A stretch of DNA of 64,000 nt from Dehalococcoidia bacterium (GCA_965197655.1 OZ240220.1:993788-1057787), one strand, 5' to 3'. Positions 37,889-47,665 are shown, numbered from the stretch's first letter. The notes: generated by a model not told the origin, from the letters alone. Numbers and translations are program-made.

Positions 37889-39385
37889 CTAGAGCAGATT
37901 GCCGATGTCTTCCAGTTGACGGCAAATCCAGTGGTTGACGTCCTCCCGGTTCACCGCTTCCGTCAGAGTGCCGGCCCGCCGCTTCCGTTCTTCCGGCGAC
38001 ATAAGGATGGCCTGGTGCAAGGCTTCCATAGTCCCTTCAATATCGGTGGGCGATACCGGCAGCGCCCCCCCGGATAATTGGTGGTAGGCCCCGCTGGTCT
38101 CGGAAAGAATCAACACACCGTTCTGGGTATTGACCACCGGGCCCTCCTTGGCTACGAGGTTCATCCCTTCCATGATGGTGTTGACCAGCAGCACGTCGTA
38201 CAGCTTCATGCCGGCAATGGCTTGGGTGTAATTGTTTTCCATGAAGGTGGTTATAGGCTGCCATTCCGGGCTGCCAAAGCTCTGGTTGATGCGCGCCACC
38301 ACCTGCTGAATTTCTTCCATATAACGCTGGTACTGCCGGATATGGGTCCGGGAGGGCACCAGAAAGGCGAGGAAGTTGACCTTGCCCTGCAATTCAGGAT
38401 GGCGGGACAGGAGCAGTTCATAAGCGCGAAACCCGCGGACTACGTTCTTGTTGGGCTCGGCCCGGTCGATGCGTACGATAGTCGCAGTCGCGCCGCTCCG
38501 GATTGACCGTATTCTCTCTTCGTATTCCAGAGCGCGTGGGGAGTTAGCAATACGCTGCACCTCAGCCACATTGATGGAAATTGGGTAAACCTGAACGTGG
38601 GTGGTCTTGCTTTGGCGCCGGATTAGACATTCCTGCCGGTCAACTTGGGCGTCGGGAACGAACTCCTCCACCGTATCCAGAAAACTCTGCCGGTCCTGGG
38701 GGGTTTGAAACCCGACAATGTCGGCGCTGGACAGGGAGGCGCAGATTTGGCGCGTGATGTAGGAAGGAATCATCTGCCAGTAGCGCGGAGCCGGCCAGGG
38801 TATGTGAACAAAATGCTGGATAACGGCGTCGGGTACTTCCCGACGCACCAATTCGGGCAGCAGGTACAGGTGATAATCGTGACCGATGACCACCGGAGGC
38901 TGACTGCTTTCCAGGGATTGTTCCACTACCAGCCGGGCGAAGGCCTGATTGACCGGCACATAGCCGCCCTGCCAGGCGTCATGGACGCTGGCATCTACGT
39001 TGGGGTTGTAGGGCGGGTTCCACATATAGTGCTGCAAAAACCAGAGCAAGGGATTGCACAGCACGTTGTAATACTTGTGGTAAACCCGCCGGGGGGTGAC
39101 CACATAGCGGAGGTTTATCTTGTGGCCGGGCAGGGGGGAATGGTAGGCAGAACCCTGGGCGCCGCTGGATACGGCGCGGTCGCCTTCACCCATCGCGCTG
39201 GCAATCCAGGTGAATTGGGCGGTCTGCGCCAGCCCATTAAGTGCGGTTACGATGCCGCCGCTGCCCCGCCGCGCCTCCGGGCGACCGTCGGGGGTCATGT
39301 GGTGTTCCACCGGCCCCCGGTTGCTGGCAACAATCAGGGAACGGCGGCTCAATAAGCTGTCGCATAGCTGATTAAGGTCAGCCAT
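37889..39385 (-). CDS. otsA: Trehalose-6-phosphate synthase (GT20)
   Basis: IVASNRGP, HDYHL, FVHIPWP and NLVAKE motifs. Confidence 0.9.
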   Translation of the reverse strand: MADLNQLCDSLLSRRSLIVASNRGPVEHHMTPDGRPEARRGSGGIVTALNGLAQTAQFTWIASAMGEGDRAVSSGAQGSAYHSPLPGHKINLRYVVTPRRVYHKYYNVLCNPLLWFLQHYMWNPPYNPNVDASVHDAWQGGYVPVNQAFARLVVEQSLESSQPPVVIGHDYHLYLLPELVRREVPDAVIQHFVHIPWPAPRYWQMIPSYITRQICASLSSADIVGFQTPQDRQSFLDTVEEFVPDAQVDRQECLIRRQSKTTHVQVYPISINVAEVQRIANSPRALEYEERIRSIRSGATATIVRIDRAEPNKNVVRGFRAYELLLSRHPELQGKVNFLAFLVPSRTHIRQYQRYMEEIQQVVARINQSFGSPEWQPITTFMENNYTQAIAGMKLYDVLLVNTIMEGMNLVAKEGPVVNTQNGVLILSETSGAYHQLSGGALPVSPTDIEGTMEALHQAILMSPEERKRRAGTLTEAVNREDVNHWICRQLEDIGNLL

Positions 39386-39497
39386 TGTCGGCTCCGCGAC
39401 GGCTCCCGCTCATTCCTTTTCCCCACCCCACAATCGCCATCTGTGTTCTCCTTTTAAGGCCAACCACGAAATGCTGACGCGTCAGCTTCCACTGTAC

Positions 39498-39630
39498 CCG
39501 GGACAATCGCATTATGCCGGGACACCGCTGTCCGTCGTTCCTGCTTTCGCAGGAACCTAAATCCTCCAGGTAGAAATTCCTGCCTACGCAGGAATGACGG
39601 TGGCAGGAGATGCGAAATTGCGATTGCCCG
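39498..39630. mobile_element. Family A MITE copy
   Basis: TIR ccgggacaatcgca / tgcgattgcccg. Flanks TCCACTGTAC / GCCCCTGTAC (8/10). Confidence 0.7.
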
Positions 39631-39801
39631 GCCCCTGTACCAAAGACAGCGGATACTGGCTACAATTCCAGATTAGGATAAGGTATGGGCCTTGTCAAGC
39701 AAGCCGGCCCGGCGGCGCGACTGTCCCAAGACCATTCTAAATTGCTTCAGGACACCCGAAAGATACCACCGGGAAGCGTCAGGGTCGGGAGCATAACGGC
39801 T

Positions 39802-40596
39802 TTAGCCTGCCGATGCTCCGGGGCCGGCCACCGGGTTGTGCCGGGCCAATTTTTGGATGGCTGAAACGGCCAGACCCAGTTCGGGGACCGCGATGTCAGG
39901 TTCGGTCAGCGGGTCATTGGGGTCGGGCCTTGGGTAGAACCCCTCAATCCACACTGTTTTCAGGCCGCATTGCTTGGCGCCCATAACGTCGGTCTGGAAG
40001 TGGTCGCCAACATGGATAGCTTGGGACGGGGTGGCATCCAGTGCGCGCAAGGTAATCAGGAAAATCTCGCAAGCCGGTTTTGCCACTTTCGCTTCGTCGG
40101 AAAAGGTCAGGGTGTCAAAGAACTCCAACATCCCATGCTCGGCCAGGAAACGGCGGAAGGACACGCCCGGCGTCATTCCCGTATTGGAAATCAAGCCAAT
40201 CCGAAACCCCATTTCCTTGACGCTGCGCAAAACCGCAACACCGTCCGGGTGGGGAATCGGCGGGTGGACAAAGAATGAGTCGCCATAGGCCGTGGCAATT
40301 TCCTGCAAGGTAGATTCGGAGAGGCGAGAGCCCAGACCGGGGCTGATGCCGTCAACAAATATCTCAACCTGCTCGCCGAAGCTGATGTCCTTCAGCTCTT
40401 CCCTGATGTCCTGACAGCGGCGGGCGCAGTTCCTGTAAGCTGTGTTAATGCGCTCCGCGTCGTGCAATTCCCCGGCTTTCAGCAGGGCGTCTCGCGTACC
40501 GTCCAACCGTGCCTGACTGCGGACGCGCCCTACCTCCGGGCGGTCCAGCAGCAGGGTTTGCCACAAGTCGAAAGTTATTGCGGTGATTGCGCCCAA
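39802..40596 (-). CDS. HAD-superfamily hydrolase (subfamily IA-like)
   Basis: ITFDLWQTL (DxWxT variant), ISNTG and VGDHFQTDVMGA. Confidence 0.7.
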   Translation of the reverse strand: MGAITAITFDLWQTLLLDRPEVGRVRSQARLDGTRDALLKAGELHDAERINTAYRNCARRCQDIREELKDISFGEQVEIFVDGISPGLGSRLSESTLQEIATAYGDSFFVHPPIPHPDGVAVLRSVKEMGFRIGLISNTGMTPGVSFRRFLAEHGMLEFFDTLTFSDEAKVAKPACEIFLITLRALDATPSQAIHVGDHFQTDVMGAKQCGLKTVWIEGFYPRPDPNDPLTEPDIAVPELGLAVSAIQKLARHNPVAGPGASAG

Positions 40597-40711
40597 TGTT
40601 GCTTATCCCGGCAGCCGAATCATGGCAACTTGGTCTTTGCTGTCTTTATTATAACCTAATTGCCTTCGGTCCCGTATGCGGCGCGCTCTCCGAATGAAGG
40701 GTATTTTAGTT

Positions 40712-40840
40712 CTCATTCTGACGAGCGGAGCGACGAAGAATCCAAAATCCTTATTGAGTCCATATTTGCCGGTCATTTGCCCGGCGCCAGTAGCGATTCT
40801 AACCGAAAGATTTTGGATTCTCCGCTCCGCTCAGAATGAC
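40712..40840. repeat. Family B repeat copy
   Basis: tcattctgacgagcggagcgacgaagaatcc ... ggattctccgctccgctcagaatgac. Confidence 0.85.
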
Positions 40841-40859
40841 AGTGAAGGGGGCAGAATGA

Positions 40860-40994
40860 CGGGGCTATCGCATTGGGATAGCAGGCTGTCCGTCGTTTCT
40901 GCGCAAGCAGGAACCTCTGTCCTCAAGGTTTTAGGTTCCTGCCGGCGCAGGAACAACGGACAAGGCACATCTACCCTCAGGTGCAATAGCCTTG
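40860..40994. mobile_element. Family A MITE copy
   Basis: TIR cggggctatcgca / tgcaatagccttg. Flanks GGCAGAATGA / GGCAGAGTGA (9/10). Confidence 0.8.
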
Positions 40995-41093
40995 GGCAGA
41001 GTGACATAACGGGTCGGACAACGCCTGAGAGGCTCAGCCTTCCCGCCGGATAGCCCCCATAATTCAAGCAGCTTTTCAGAGCCGGCCAAATCC

Positions 41094-42506
41094 CTAAATG
41101 GGTGGCCGGCGGCGGTGCCAATCGGTAGTCTGCTCGTAGGCGTGAGCCGCCCGCAGGACGGTTAGCTCGTCAAAGGGTTTCCCGGCCAGTTGCAGGCCAA
41201 TGGGCATTCCAGCCTCGGAAAAGCCGCAGGGTACGGAGATGGCCGGTGTTCCGCTGATGTTGTAGGGTCGGGTGTATTGGGTCAGCGCCCCGGTCGTCCC
41301 CACCGTCCGGTCACCAATTACCATTTCCGAAGCCAGGATCGGGGGAGCGGTTACCGGCTCCGCGGGGCCGGCCAACAGGTCAACATCCTGGAATAGCCGC
41401 GCCATTTCCTGGTTGAACCTAGCCCTGGCCTGCTGCGCTTTCAGATAATCGGCGGCGGTCACGAAGAGGCCGGCTTCCAGGCGCAGACGGACTGAGGGGG
41501 TCAGCTTATCCCCGTCCCGGGCCAGCAGTTCCCGGTGATAGGCGGACGCCTCGGCCATCAGGATAGCGCCGGAAATCGCCTGGGAATCCTTGAACATCGG
41601 CAGGGAAACTTCGGTTACCGTGGCCCCCAGCTCTTCCAGGTGAGCGACCGCTGCCCGCACCGCCGCTTCTACCTCCGCGTCCAGCGGGGCGTCAAAGTAT
41701 TCGCGGGGCAGGCCGATACGCAACCCTTCAACCGACCCGGCAAGGGCAGTAGTGTAGTCGGGGATTTCTCTAACCGTCGTAGCCACGTCCTTGGGGTCAT
41801 GGCCGGCAATGACGTTCATGGTCAGGGCGGCATCCTCCACCGTCCGCACCATCGGGCCGGGGTGGTCCAGGCACCAGGAGAGGGGAGTCAATCCGGCCCG
41901 GCTGACCAAGCCGTAGGTAGGCTTGAGGCCGACTATGCCGCACAGGGCGGCGGGTATCCGAACCGACCCTCCGGTGTCGCTGCCCATTGTTATGGTGCAT
42001 TGGCCGGCGGCTGCCGCCGAGCCGGAGCCGCCGCTGGAGCCGCCGGTGACCAGTTCCGGGTTCCAGGGGTTGTGCATGTGGCCGTAATCGAAGTTTTCCC
42101 CGGTGGGGCCGTAGGCGAACTGGTGCATATTCAGCTTGCCCAGCAGGATAGCCCCGGCCCGCTGAAACCGGGCGGCCACGGTGCAGTCCTCCGCCGGCAC
42201 AAAGGTGTCAAAGATTCTTGAGCCGGAAGTGGTGCGAACCCCGGCGGTATTGAACAGGTCTTTCAGCCCTACCGGAATCCCGTGCAACGGCCCCCGGTAG
42301 TTGCCGGCCTGGATTTGCGATTCGGCGCGGCGGGCAACCTCCCGGGCTTGCTCCGGCAAGAGGGTGATAAAGGAATTGAGGGTGGGTTCCGTAGCTTCTA
42401 TGCGGGCCAGGTGGGCATCAACTACCTCAACCGGCGAAACCTCTTTGTCGCGGATGAGGCCGGAAAGTTGGCCGGCGCTCATATAACATAATCCAAGTCC
42501 GTCCAT
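41094..42506 (-). CDS. Amidase-signature enzyme (GatA/AtzE-like)
   Basis: GGSSGGSGSAAAAG...GSDTGGSVRIPA amidase signature. NMHQFAYGPTGEN replaces the GatA-type NMDEFAMGSS. Confidence 0.85.
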   Translation of the reverse strand: MDGLGLCYMSAGQLSGLIRDKEVSPVEVVDAHLARIEATEPTLNSFITLLPEQAREVARRAESQIQAGNYRGPLHGIPVGLKDLFNTAGVRTTSGSRIFDTFVPAEDCTVAARFQRAGAILLGKLNMHQFAYGPTGENFDYGHMHNPWNPELVTGGSSGGSGSAAAAGQCTITMGSDTGGSVRIPAALCGIVGLKPTYGLVSRAGLTPLSWCLDHPGPMVRTVEDAALTMNVIAGHDPKDVATTVREIPDYTTALAGSVEGLRIGLPREYFDAPLDAEVEAAVRAAVAHLEELGATVTEVSLPMFKDSQAISGAILMAEASAYHRELLARDGDKLTPSVRLRLEAGLFVTAADYLKAQQARARFNQEMARLFQDVDLLAGPAEPVTAPPILASEMVIGDRTVGTTGALTQYTRPYNISGTPAISVPCGFSEAGMPIGLQLAGKPFDELTVLRAAHAYEQTTDWHRRRPPI

Positions 42507-42517
42507 ATTGCCCTTCC

Positions 42518-42730
42518 TTATTCCTGAAATGGTTGAGCCGGGCTGAAGGCCATATCCGGTTCGGCCCCGCCGACGTCAATTTCTGCCAGGGCTTCCAGTC
42601 CGGCCAAGGCGTTTTGCACATAAGGAAATAGCTCGTCCATGTGCGGAGAGTTCACATTAAGGCCGGCGGCCCTGGCGAGGTAGTCAAAGTTCTCGCGGGT
42701 TAAGGGCTTTTCTCCGGGCATCGCAGTCAC
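42518..42730 (-). CDS. GatC/AtzG-like small subunit
   Basis: 70 aa. LTRENFDYLARAAGLNV...LAEIDVGGAEP parallels the GatC pattern (LTREEV..LA.LA.L.L....L.E.DT.GVEP). Lies 11 nt upstream of the amidase. Confidence 0.6.
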   Translation of the reverse strand: MTAMPGEKPLTRENFDYLARAAGLNVNSPHMDELFPYVQNALAGLEALAEIDVGGAEPDMAFSPAQPFQE

Positions 42731-42886
42731 CTCGCGGCGGATGTTTAGTGGGCGGATGTTTAATGGTTGAAGGTGTTTAACGGGTGATAACCTACCGGGC
42801 GTATTATCAACCTAATGGGTAGGTATAGCAAATCCGGGCCTTTATCCGGGCCAATGCGTTCAAGTAGGGCCTTCATTCCTCGCCCC

Positions 42887-43018
42887 CAGGGTTACCGCAT
42901 TTGGATTGCAGGCTATCCGTCGTTCCTGCGCAGGCAGGAACCTCTGCTCTCAAGGCTTCAGGTTCCTGCCTGCGCAGGAACGACGGGAATATGACTGTGC
43001 GTCTTACACAATAGCCCT
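42887..43018. repeat. Family A element
   Basis: cagggttaccgcat...double-hairpin core...cacaatagccct, abutting family D copy 43015-43091. Confidence 0.75.
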
Positions 43019-43091
43019 CACCCCTGGCCCCTCTCCCACAAGGCGAGCGGATCAATTACTCCCTATCCTTTGGGGAGAGGGCCGGGGTGAG
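43015..43091. repeat. Family D repeat
   Basis: ccctcacccctggcccctctcccacaagg...ggggagagggccggggtgag. Confidence 0.8.
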
Positions 43092-43229
43092 TAGTTGCCT
43101 TGAAGGTTGGCAACTGGTCGGGGCGCCGCCGGTGTTTGCCGGTATCAAATGTTGCTATACTCTTCCAGCCGGTGGTCCAAGTATGCGAGCTGGCGTCAAA
43201 ACCTTGAATCTTAAGACGGAGAAGAGCGT

Positions 43230-44045
43230 TTGCTCTGCCAAGACTGCAATTATCAAGCTAATGATTCCGACGCCTTCTGCGTCCTTTGCGGGGGCAGGTT
43301 GAGAGCGGTCTCCTCCCGGTTGGAGACTGACCAGCAGAATCAGGACGGCTTGGCCACAGTATCCTGGCGGGGTGGTCAGGTGACGATGGCCCTGCTGTTG
43401 GTGGGGATGTCCTTCCTGTTGCTTAGCGCGGCTATCCTGCTGTTAGAGCCACTGCCGAATGGCTTGGCTTGGGGCGCCTGGCTGGGCAGCCACGCCATCG
43501 GGGTGGTGATTCTCGCGTCGGTCTGGCTGCTGGGACAGGATAAGGAGCGGGTATCCCAGGCTACCTTGTTGGCTGCCCTGGGGCTGCGCCGGCCGCGTCT
43601 TTCCTGGGTCAAGTGCGGGCTGCTGGCGTTGCTGGCCGTGGGCGTGAGCATCGGGGCCACCGCGCTTTATGCCTTGCTGGTAAGACTCCTGGGCGTGGGC
43701 TTGCTGCTACCGCCCGACGTGCCCCGGGCGGTAGTATTTCCCGGCATTTCTGCCCTGCTTACCTTTGAGGCGCTGGCCGGCTGGACGCCGTTGACCGAGG
43801 AGCTATTTTTTCGCGGCTTTGTCTTTGCCGGCCTGGTTCCCCGCTGGGGTGTATTGCGGGCGTCGCTGGGCAGCGCCTTGATTTTCGCGGTCTTTCACCT
43901 GCACCCCGGGGTACTGGTTCCCATTTTTATCGCCGGGCTTTTGCTGGCCGGACTGTACCGGCTGACCGGCTCCTTGTGGCCCTCGATTTTAGCCCACGCC
44001 GCGCAGAACGCCGTAGCTTTGGTGGCTATCATTTACCAGGGCTAG
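43230..44045 (+). CDS. CPBP-family intramembrane glutamic endopeptidase with N-terminal zinc ribbon
   Basis: CQDC...CVLCG, then EELFFRG, FAVFH and ILAHAAQN (CAAX-protease motifs). TTG start. Confidence 0.8.
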   Translation: MLCQDCNYQANDSDAFCVLCGGRLRAVSSRLETDQQNQDGLATVSWRGGQVTMALLLVGMSFLLLSAAILLLEPLPNGLAWGAWLGSHAIGVVILASVWLLGQDKERVSQATLLAALGLRRPRLSWVKCGLLALLAVGVSIGATALYALLVRLLGVGLLLPPDVPRAVVFPGISALLTFEALAGWTPLTEELFFRGFVFAGLVPRWGVLRASLGSALIFAVFHLHPGVLVPIFIAGLLLAGLYRLTGSLWPSILAHAAQNAVALVAIIYQG

Positions 44046-44148
44046 ACAATAGGCAACGGGTAAGCTACAGTTGCAGGCAGAATCAACCTGAAGAATGAAC
44101 CCGGCGCCGCCGAGAAGCAAGCGGCAGTTCGGGCAAAGTACGGTTGGG

Positions 44149-44976
44149 ATGAGCAAAGACCGAATCGACCGTATCCAGGATAAGTTCAAGGCTATCAAGC
44201 GGGAAGGACGCCCCGGCCTGATTGTTTACCTGACCACCGGGTTTCCCGACCTGGAGGCGACCAGGGAGTTGGTTCCTGCTTTGGCCGCGGCCGGCGCCGA
44301 CGCCATCGAACTGTCCATCCCCTTCAGCGACCCCCTGGCGGACGGGCCGGTCATCCAGGAATCCAGCTTTCACGCGCTGGGTCAGGGTGTCACTCCGGAC
44401 GACTGCCTGGACACGGTAGCCCAGGTGCGGGAGCAGGTGCCGGATACGCCGCTGATTTTGATGACCTATTACAATCCGGTCTATACTTATGGTCTGGAGC
44501 GGTTTGCGCAGCGAATGGCGGAAGTTGGGCTGGATGGGATTATTCCGGTGGACTTGCCGGGTGAGGAAGCCGGCCCCCTGTATCAGCAATGCGCCCCTAG
44601 GAACATTCACCTAGTGCCGTTGCTGGCCCCCACCAGCACTGACGACAGCATTAAGACCGCGGTCTCGGTAAGTTCCGGCTTTATCTACTGTGTTAGTTTG
44701 ACCGGAGTTACCGGAGAGAGGGACCAGGTTTCCGCAAGAGGGCCGGAGTTGCTTAATCGAGTAGGCGCGCATACGTCGCTGCCACTGGCCGTAGGATTCG
44801 GTATTTCGCGGCGTGACCATGTAGAAACGGTGTGCCAATATGCTCAGGCAGCGGCGGTGGGCACCGCCCTGATTCGTACAATCCTGGAATCGCCCCGCGA
44901 CCAGGTGGTGGCCCAGGCCAGCAAGCTGGTTGCGGAACTTGCCGGCAAACCCTGGCCGCCGGGAGGAACCGACTGA
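44149..44976 (+). CDS. trpA: Tryptophan synthase alpha chain
   Basis: IELSIPFSDPLADGPVIQ plus the C-terminal GFGIS region. Confidence 0.9.
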   Translation: MSKDRIDRIQDKFKAIKREGRPGLIVYLTTGFPDLEATRELVPALAAAGADAIELSIPFSDPLADGPVIQESSFHALGQGVTPDDCLDTVAQVREQVPDTPLILMTYYNPVYTYGLERFAQRMAEVGLDGIIPVDLPGEEAGPLYQQCAPRNIHLVPLLAPTSTDDSIKTAVSVSSGFIYCVSLTGVTGERDQVSARGPELLNRVGAHTSLPLAVGFGISRRDHVETVCQYAQAAAVGTALIRTILESPRDQVVAQASKLVAELAGKPWPPGGTD

Positions 44977-45347
44977 TGACAGTTTGTCGAGGACTGAGGG
45001 GAGCGACCACCGCCGACAGCAATACGGCGGATGCAATATATTCCGCTACCCGGGAAATGCTGGAGTATCTCATTGAGGCCAACGGAATAGAGGAGCGGGA
45101 TGTGGCGATGGCCTATTTCACCGTTACCCCCGACCTGAATGCAGCTTTTCCCGCCGCCGCCGCCCGCCAATTGGGGTGGAACAACACCGCATTGATGTGC
45201 GCTACCGAGATTCCCGTCCCTGACTCCTTGCCGAGTTGCGTTCGTGTCCTTATACTGGTGAATACTGAAAAGGAACCTCAAGAGCTGAAGAATGTCTATC
45301 TCAAAGGCACGGAAGTCCTGCGACTGCAAGGGCTAGAGACTACATGA
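44976..45347 (+). CDS. aroH: AroH-type monofunctional chorismate mutase
   Basis: RGLRGATTADSNTADAI...FTVTPDLNAAFPAAAARQLGWNNTALM...VRVLI. The ATG overlaps the trpA TGA by 1 nt. Confidence 0.8.
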   Translation: MTVCRGLRGATTADSNTADAIYSATREMLEYLIEANGIEERDVAMAYFTVTPDLNAAFPAAAARQLGWNNTALMCATEIPVPDSLPSCVRVLILVNTEKEPQELKNVYLKGTEVLRLQGLETT

Positions 45348-45410
45348 AGTTAATTCCGGTAATGGAATCCGTGAAAACCGTATCGGGCACTCTGTTCAGC
45401 CGCTTCTCTT

Positions 45411-45435
45411 ACGGCCTCCGGGCCGTTTGTCTTTT
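45411..45435 (+). terminator. Intrinsic terminator after aroH
   Basis: acggcc-tccg-ggccgt followed by ttgtctttt. Confidence 0.55.
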
Positions 45436-45548
45436 GCATAGTCCAAACCTTATCTCCAATCCGTTGGGTGGTTTTCCGCCCAGACGTTGGCCCATTCTGG
45501 TAAGTTAAACTGGGAATACCAATCCCGAATCGAGAAGGTGACGAAGAA

Positions 45549-46580
45549 ATGATTGTGGTAATGTCCAAGGACAGCACTCCGGCACAACTGGCGGAGGTAG
45601 AAGCTCGCATCGAAAATCGGCCAGGACTCGCCCCCCAGGTTTTTCACGGTGTTGAACGCGTTGTGGTGGGGGTTCTCGGCTCCATACCGCCGGACCTCCG
45701 TGACGAAATGGCGCTACTCCCCGGCGTGGCCGAAGTGGTGCCAATCTCCAAGCCCTACAAGATGGCAAGCCGGGAGTTTCACCCGGACAGCTCAATAGTA
45801 ATGGTCGGCGACGTAGCGGTCGGCGGCCCTGAGCCGGTGGTCATGGCCGGCCCTTGCTCGGTGGAAGACGAGGAGCAAATGGTCAGCACCGCCCGGGCGG
45901 TCAAGGCTTCCGGGGCCAGGATTCTACGCGGCGGGGCGTTCAAGCCGCGCACCTCCCCCTACAGCTTCCGCGGCATGGGACTTGATGGCCTGAAACTGCT
46001 GAACATTGCCAAAGAAGAGACCGGCCTTCCCATCATTACTGAGGTGATGACCCCCGGCGACGTTGACACGGTTGCCAAATACTCCGACGTATTGCAGGTA
46101 GGCGCCCGCAATATGCAGAACTACAACCTGCTGGATGCGGTGGGCGAGACCCGAATGCCGGTGATGGTCAAGCGGGGCTTGGCCGCCTCTTACGAAGAGT
46201 GGCTGCTGGCGGCGGAATACGTCTTGGCCGGCGGCAATAACAATGTCATTCTTTGCGAGCGCGGCATCCGCTCTTTCGAGAGTTTCACCCGTTTCACGAT
46301 GGACGTGGCAGCGATTCCGGTAATCAAGCGGCTCAGCCACCTGCCCATCATTGGCGACCCCAGCCATAGCACCGGCCACTGGTATCTGGTAACCCCGGTG
46401 GCCCTGTCGGCCATCGCCGCTGGCGCTCACGGTCTGCTCATCGAGGTTCATCCCAACCCGGACCTGGCAAAGTGCGACGGCCCCCAGTCCCTTACTTTCG
46501 AGAATTTCGCTATTTTGATGGACCAGGTGCGCGCCGTTAAAAATTCTCTGGCGGCCACCGCCCCGGTCGGCGCCTCCTAG
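45549..46580 (+). CDS. aroF: 3-deoxy-7-phosphoheptulonate (DAHP) synthase, type I-beta with N-terminal regulatory domain
   Basis: About 75-aa ferredoxin-like N-terminal domain, then a KDO8P/DAHPS-I-beta core (GPCSVE, RGGAFKPRTSPY, GDPSHS). Confidence 0.85.
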   Translation: MIVVMSKDSTPAQLAEVEARIENRPGLAPQVFHGVERVVVGVLGSIPPDLRDEMALLPGVAEVVPISKPYKMASREFHPDSSIVMVGDVAVGGPEPVVMAGPCSVEDEEQMVSTARAVKASGARILRGGAFKPRTSPYSFRGMGLDGLKLLNIAKEETGLPIITEVMTPGDVDTVAKYSDVLQVGARNMQNYNLLDAVGETRMPVMVKRGLAASYEEWLLAAEYVLAGGNNNVILCERGIRSFESFTRFTMDVAAIPVIKRLSHLPIIGDPSHSTGHWYLVTPVALSAIAAGAHGLLIEVHPNPDLAKCDGPQSLTFENFAILMDQVRAVKNSLAATAPVGAS

Positions 46581-46739
46581 CAATTGCGCTGCCTGGGCTG
46601 GCTGGTTAGGTGAACGATGGAAACTTGGCGAGGGATTCTGGCGTCCGTTGAGGATGCCGGCCCTCGCTTTTTCATTGGCGATTTTAGGTCCCACTTTCCG
46701 GTATATTTCGGGGATGCCGGAGAGACTCGGGTTTGGAGC

Positions 46740-46874
46740 AAGGGCTATCGCATATGATGGCAGATTCCCCTTTTCCGTCGTTCCTGCGAAAGCAGGAACC
46801 TCTGTCTGCAACATTTTAGGTTCCTGCTTTCGCAGGAACGACGGATAGCTTTCAATCCTACTGCGATTGCCCTG
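46740..46874. mobile_element. Family A MITE copy with perfect 10-bp TSD
   Basis: TIR aagggctatcgca / tgcgattgccctg. GGTTTGGAGC at 46730-46739 and 46875-46884. Confidence 0.85.
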
Positions 46875-47004
46875 GGTTTGGAGCCATGAGCAATTGATTT
46901 GGCTGATGATTTAGTTCATAATTCTTAATACAGTCTGAAATCCTTCAAGCTGCGGGGCCGGATATCAACGGGACCAAGCTCTGCTTCCTGACCGGGGGTG
47001 CAAG

Positions 47005-47586
47005 ATGTTTCCGCAAATAACCCTGTCATCGCTAACGAGGGAAGACGTTAACCGGCTGGCCGACTGGCTCAGCGACAATGATGTCAACAGCTTGTGGTAT
47101 GGCTTGGGAGAAGATGGGCAGCCGCTTCACATTGGCTATTCGCCGCAACAGATATTGGAAGTCTCCCCGGAAGAATGGGCCGAATTCCTGGACGACGAAG
47201 ACCGCAAGATTTACCCGGTATATACCAGCGAGGGCGAACACATCGGCGAGGGTCAGTTGGTGATTGAATGGCCCTTGCTGGAAGCGCAGTTGTTTCTGCT
47301 GATTGGGCGCAAAGACCTTTGGCATCATCACTACGGCACGTCCGCTCTGGTTTCGCTGCTGGATGAGGCGTTTAACACCTACGAACTGCACCGGGTCTGG
47401 GTGGATGTTCCCGAGTATAACGAAAACGCTCTGCGAATGTTCCGGCACTTGGGTTTTGTGCTGGAAGGACACTTTCGAAGAACCCATCGCAAGGATGATA
47501 ACTGGTATGACTCCTTTGCAATGGGTTTGCTGTGGGATGAGTACCCTCGCCGGCGGGCGCGGCTGATGAGCAACGGGATACAGTAG
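47005..47586 (+). CDS. GNAT-family N-acetyltransferase
   Basis: RVWVDVPEYNENALRMFRHLGFVLEG is the typical RimJ/L-like acetyl-CoA-binding region. Confidence 0.75.
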   Translation: MFPQITLSSLTREDVNRLADWLSDNDVNSLWYGLGEDGQPLHIGYSPQQILEVSPEEWAEFLDDEDRKIYPVYTSEGEHIGEGQLVIEWPLLEAQLFLLIGRKDLWHHHYGTSALVSLLDEAFNTYELHRVWVDVPEYNENALRMFRHLGFVLEGHFRRTHRKDDNWYDSFAMGLLWDEYPRRRARLMSNGIQ

Positions 47587-47665
47587 TCCCTTTCCCTGGT
47601 TTCGGAAGAACATACTGGCAGCGCAAGAAATATAGCAGGTAAGCCAGAACGTCGAGAGGTGTCAG

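Noticed and set aside
41094-42730. Authentic gatC-gatA of the Glu/Asp-tRNA amidotransferase
   Set aside because: No gatB follows, and the amidase deviates from GatA in the conserved NMDEFAMGSS region. I kept it as GatCA-like only.
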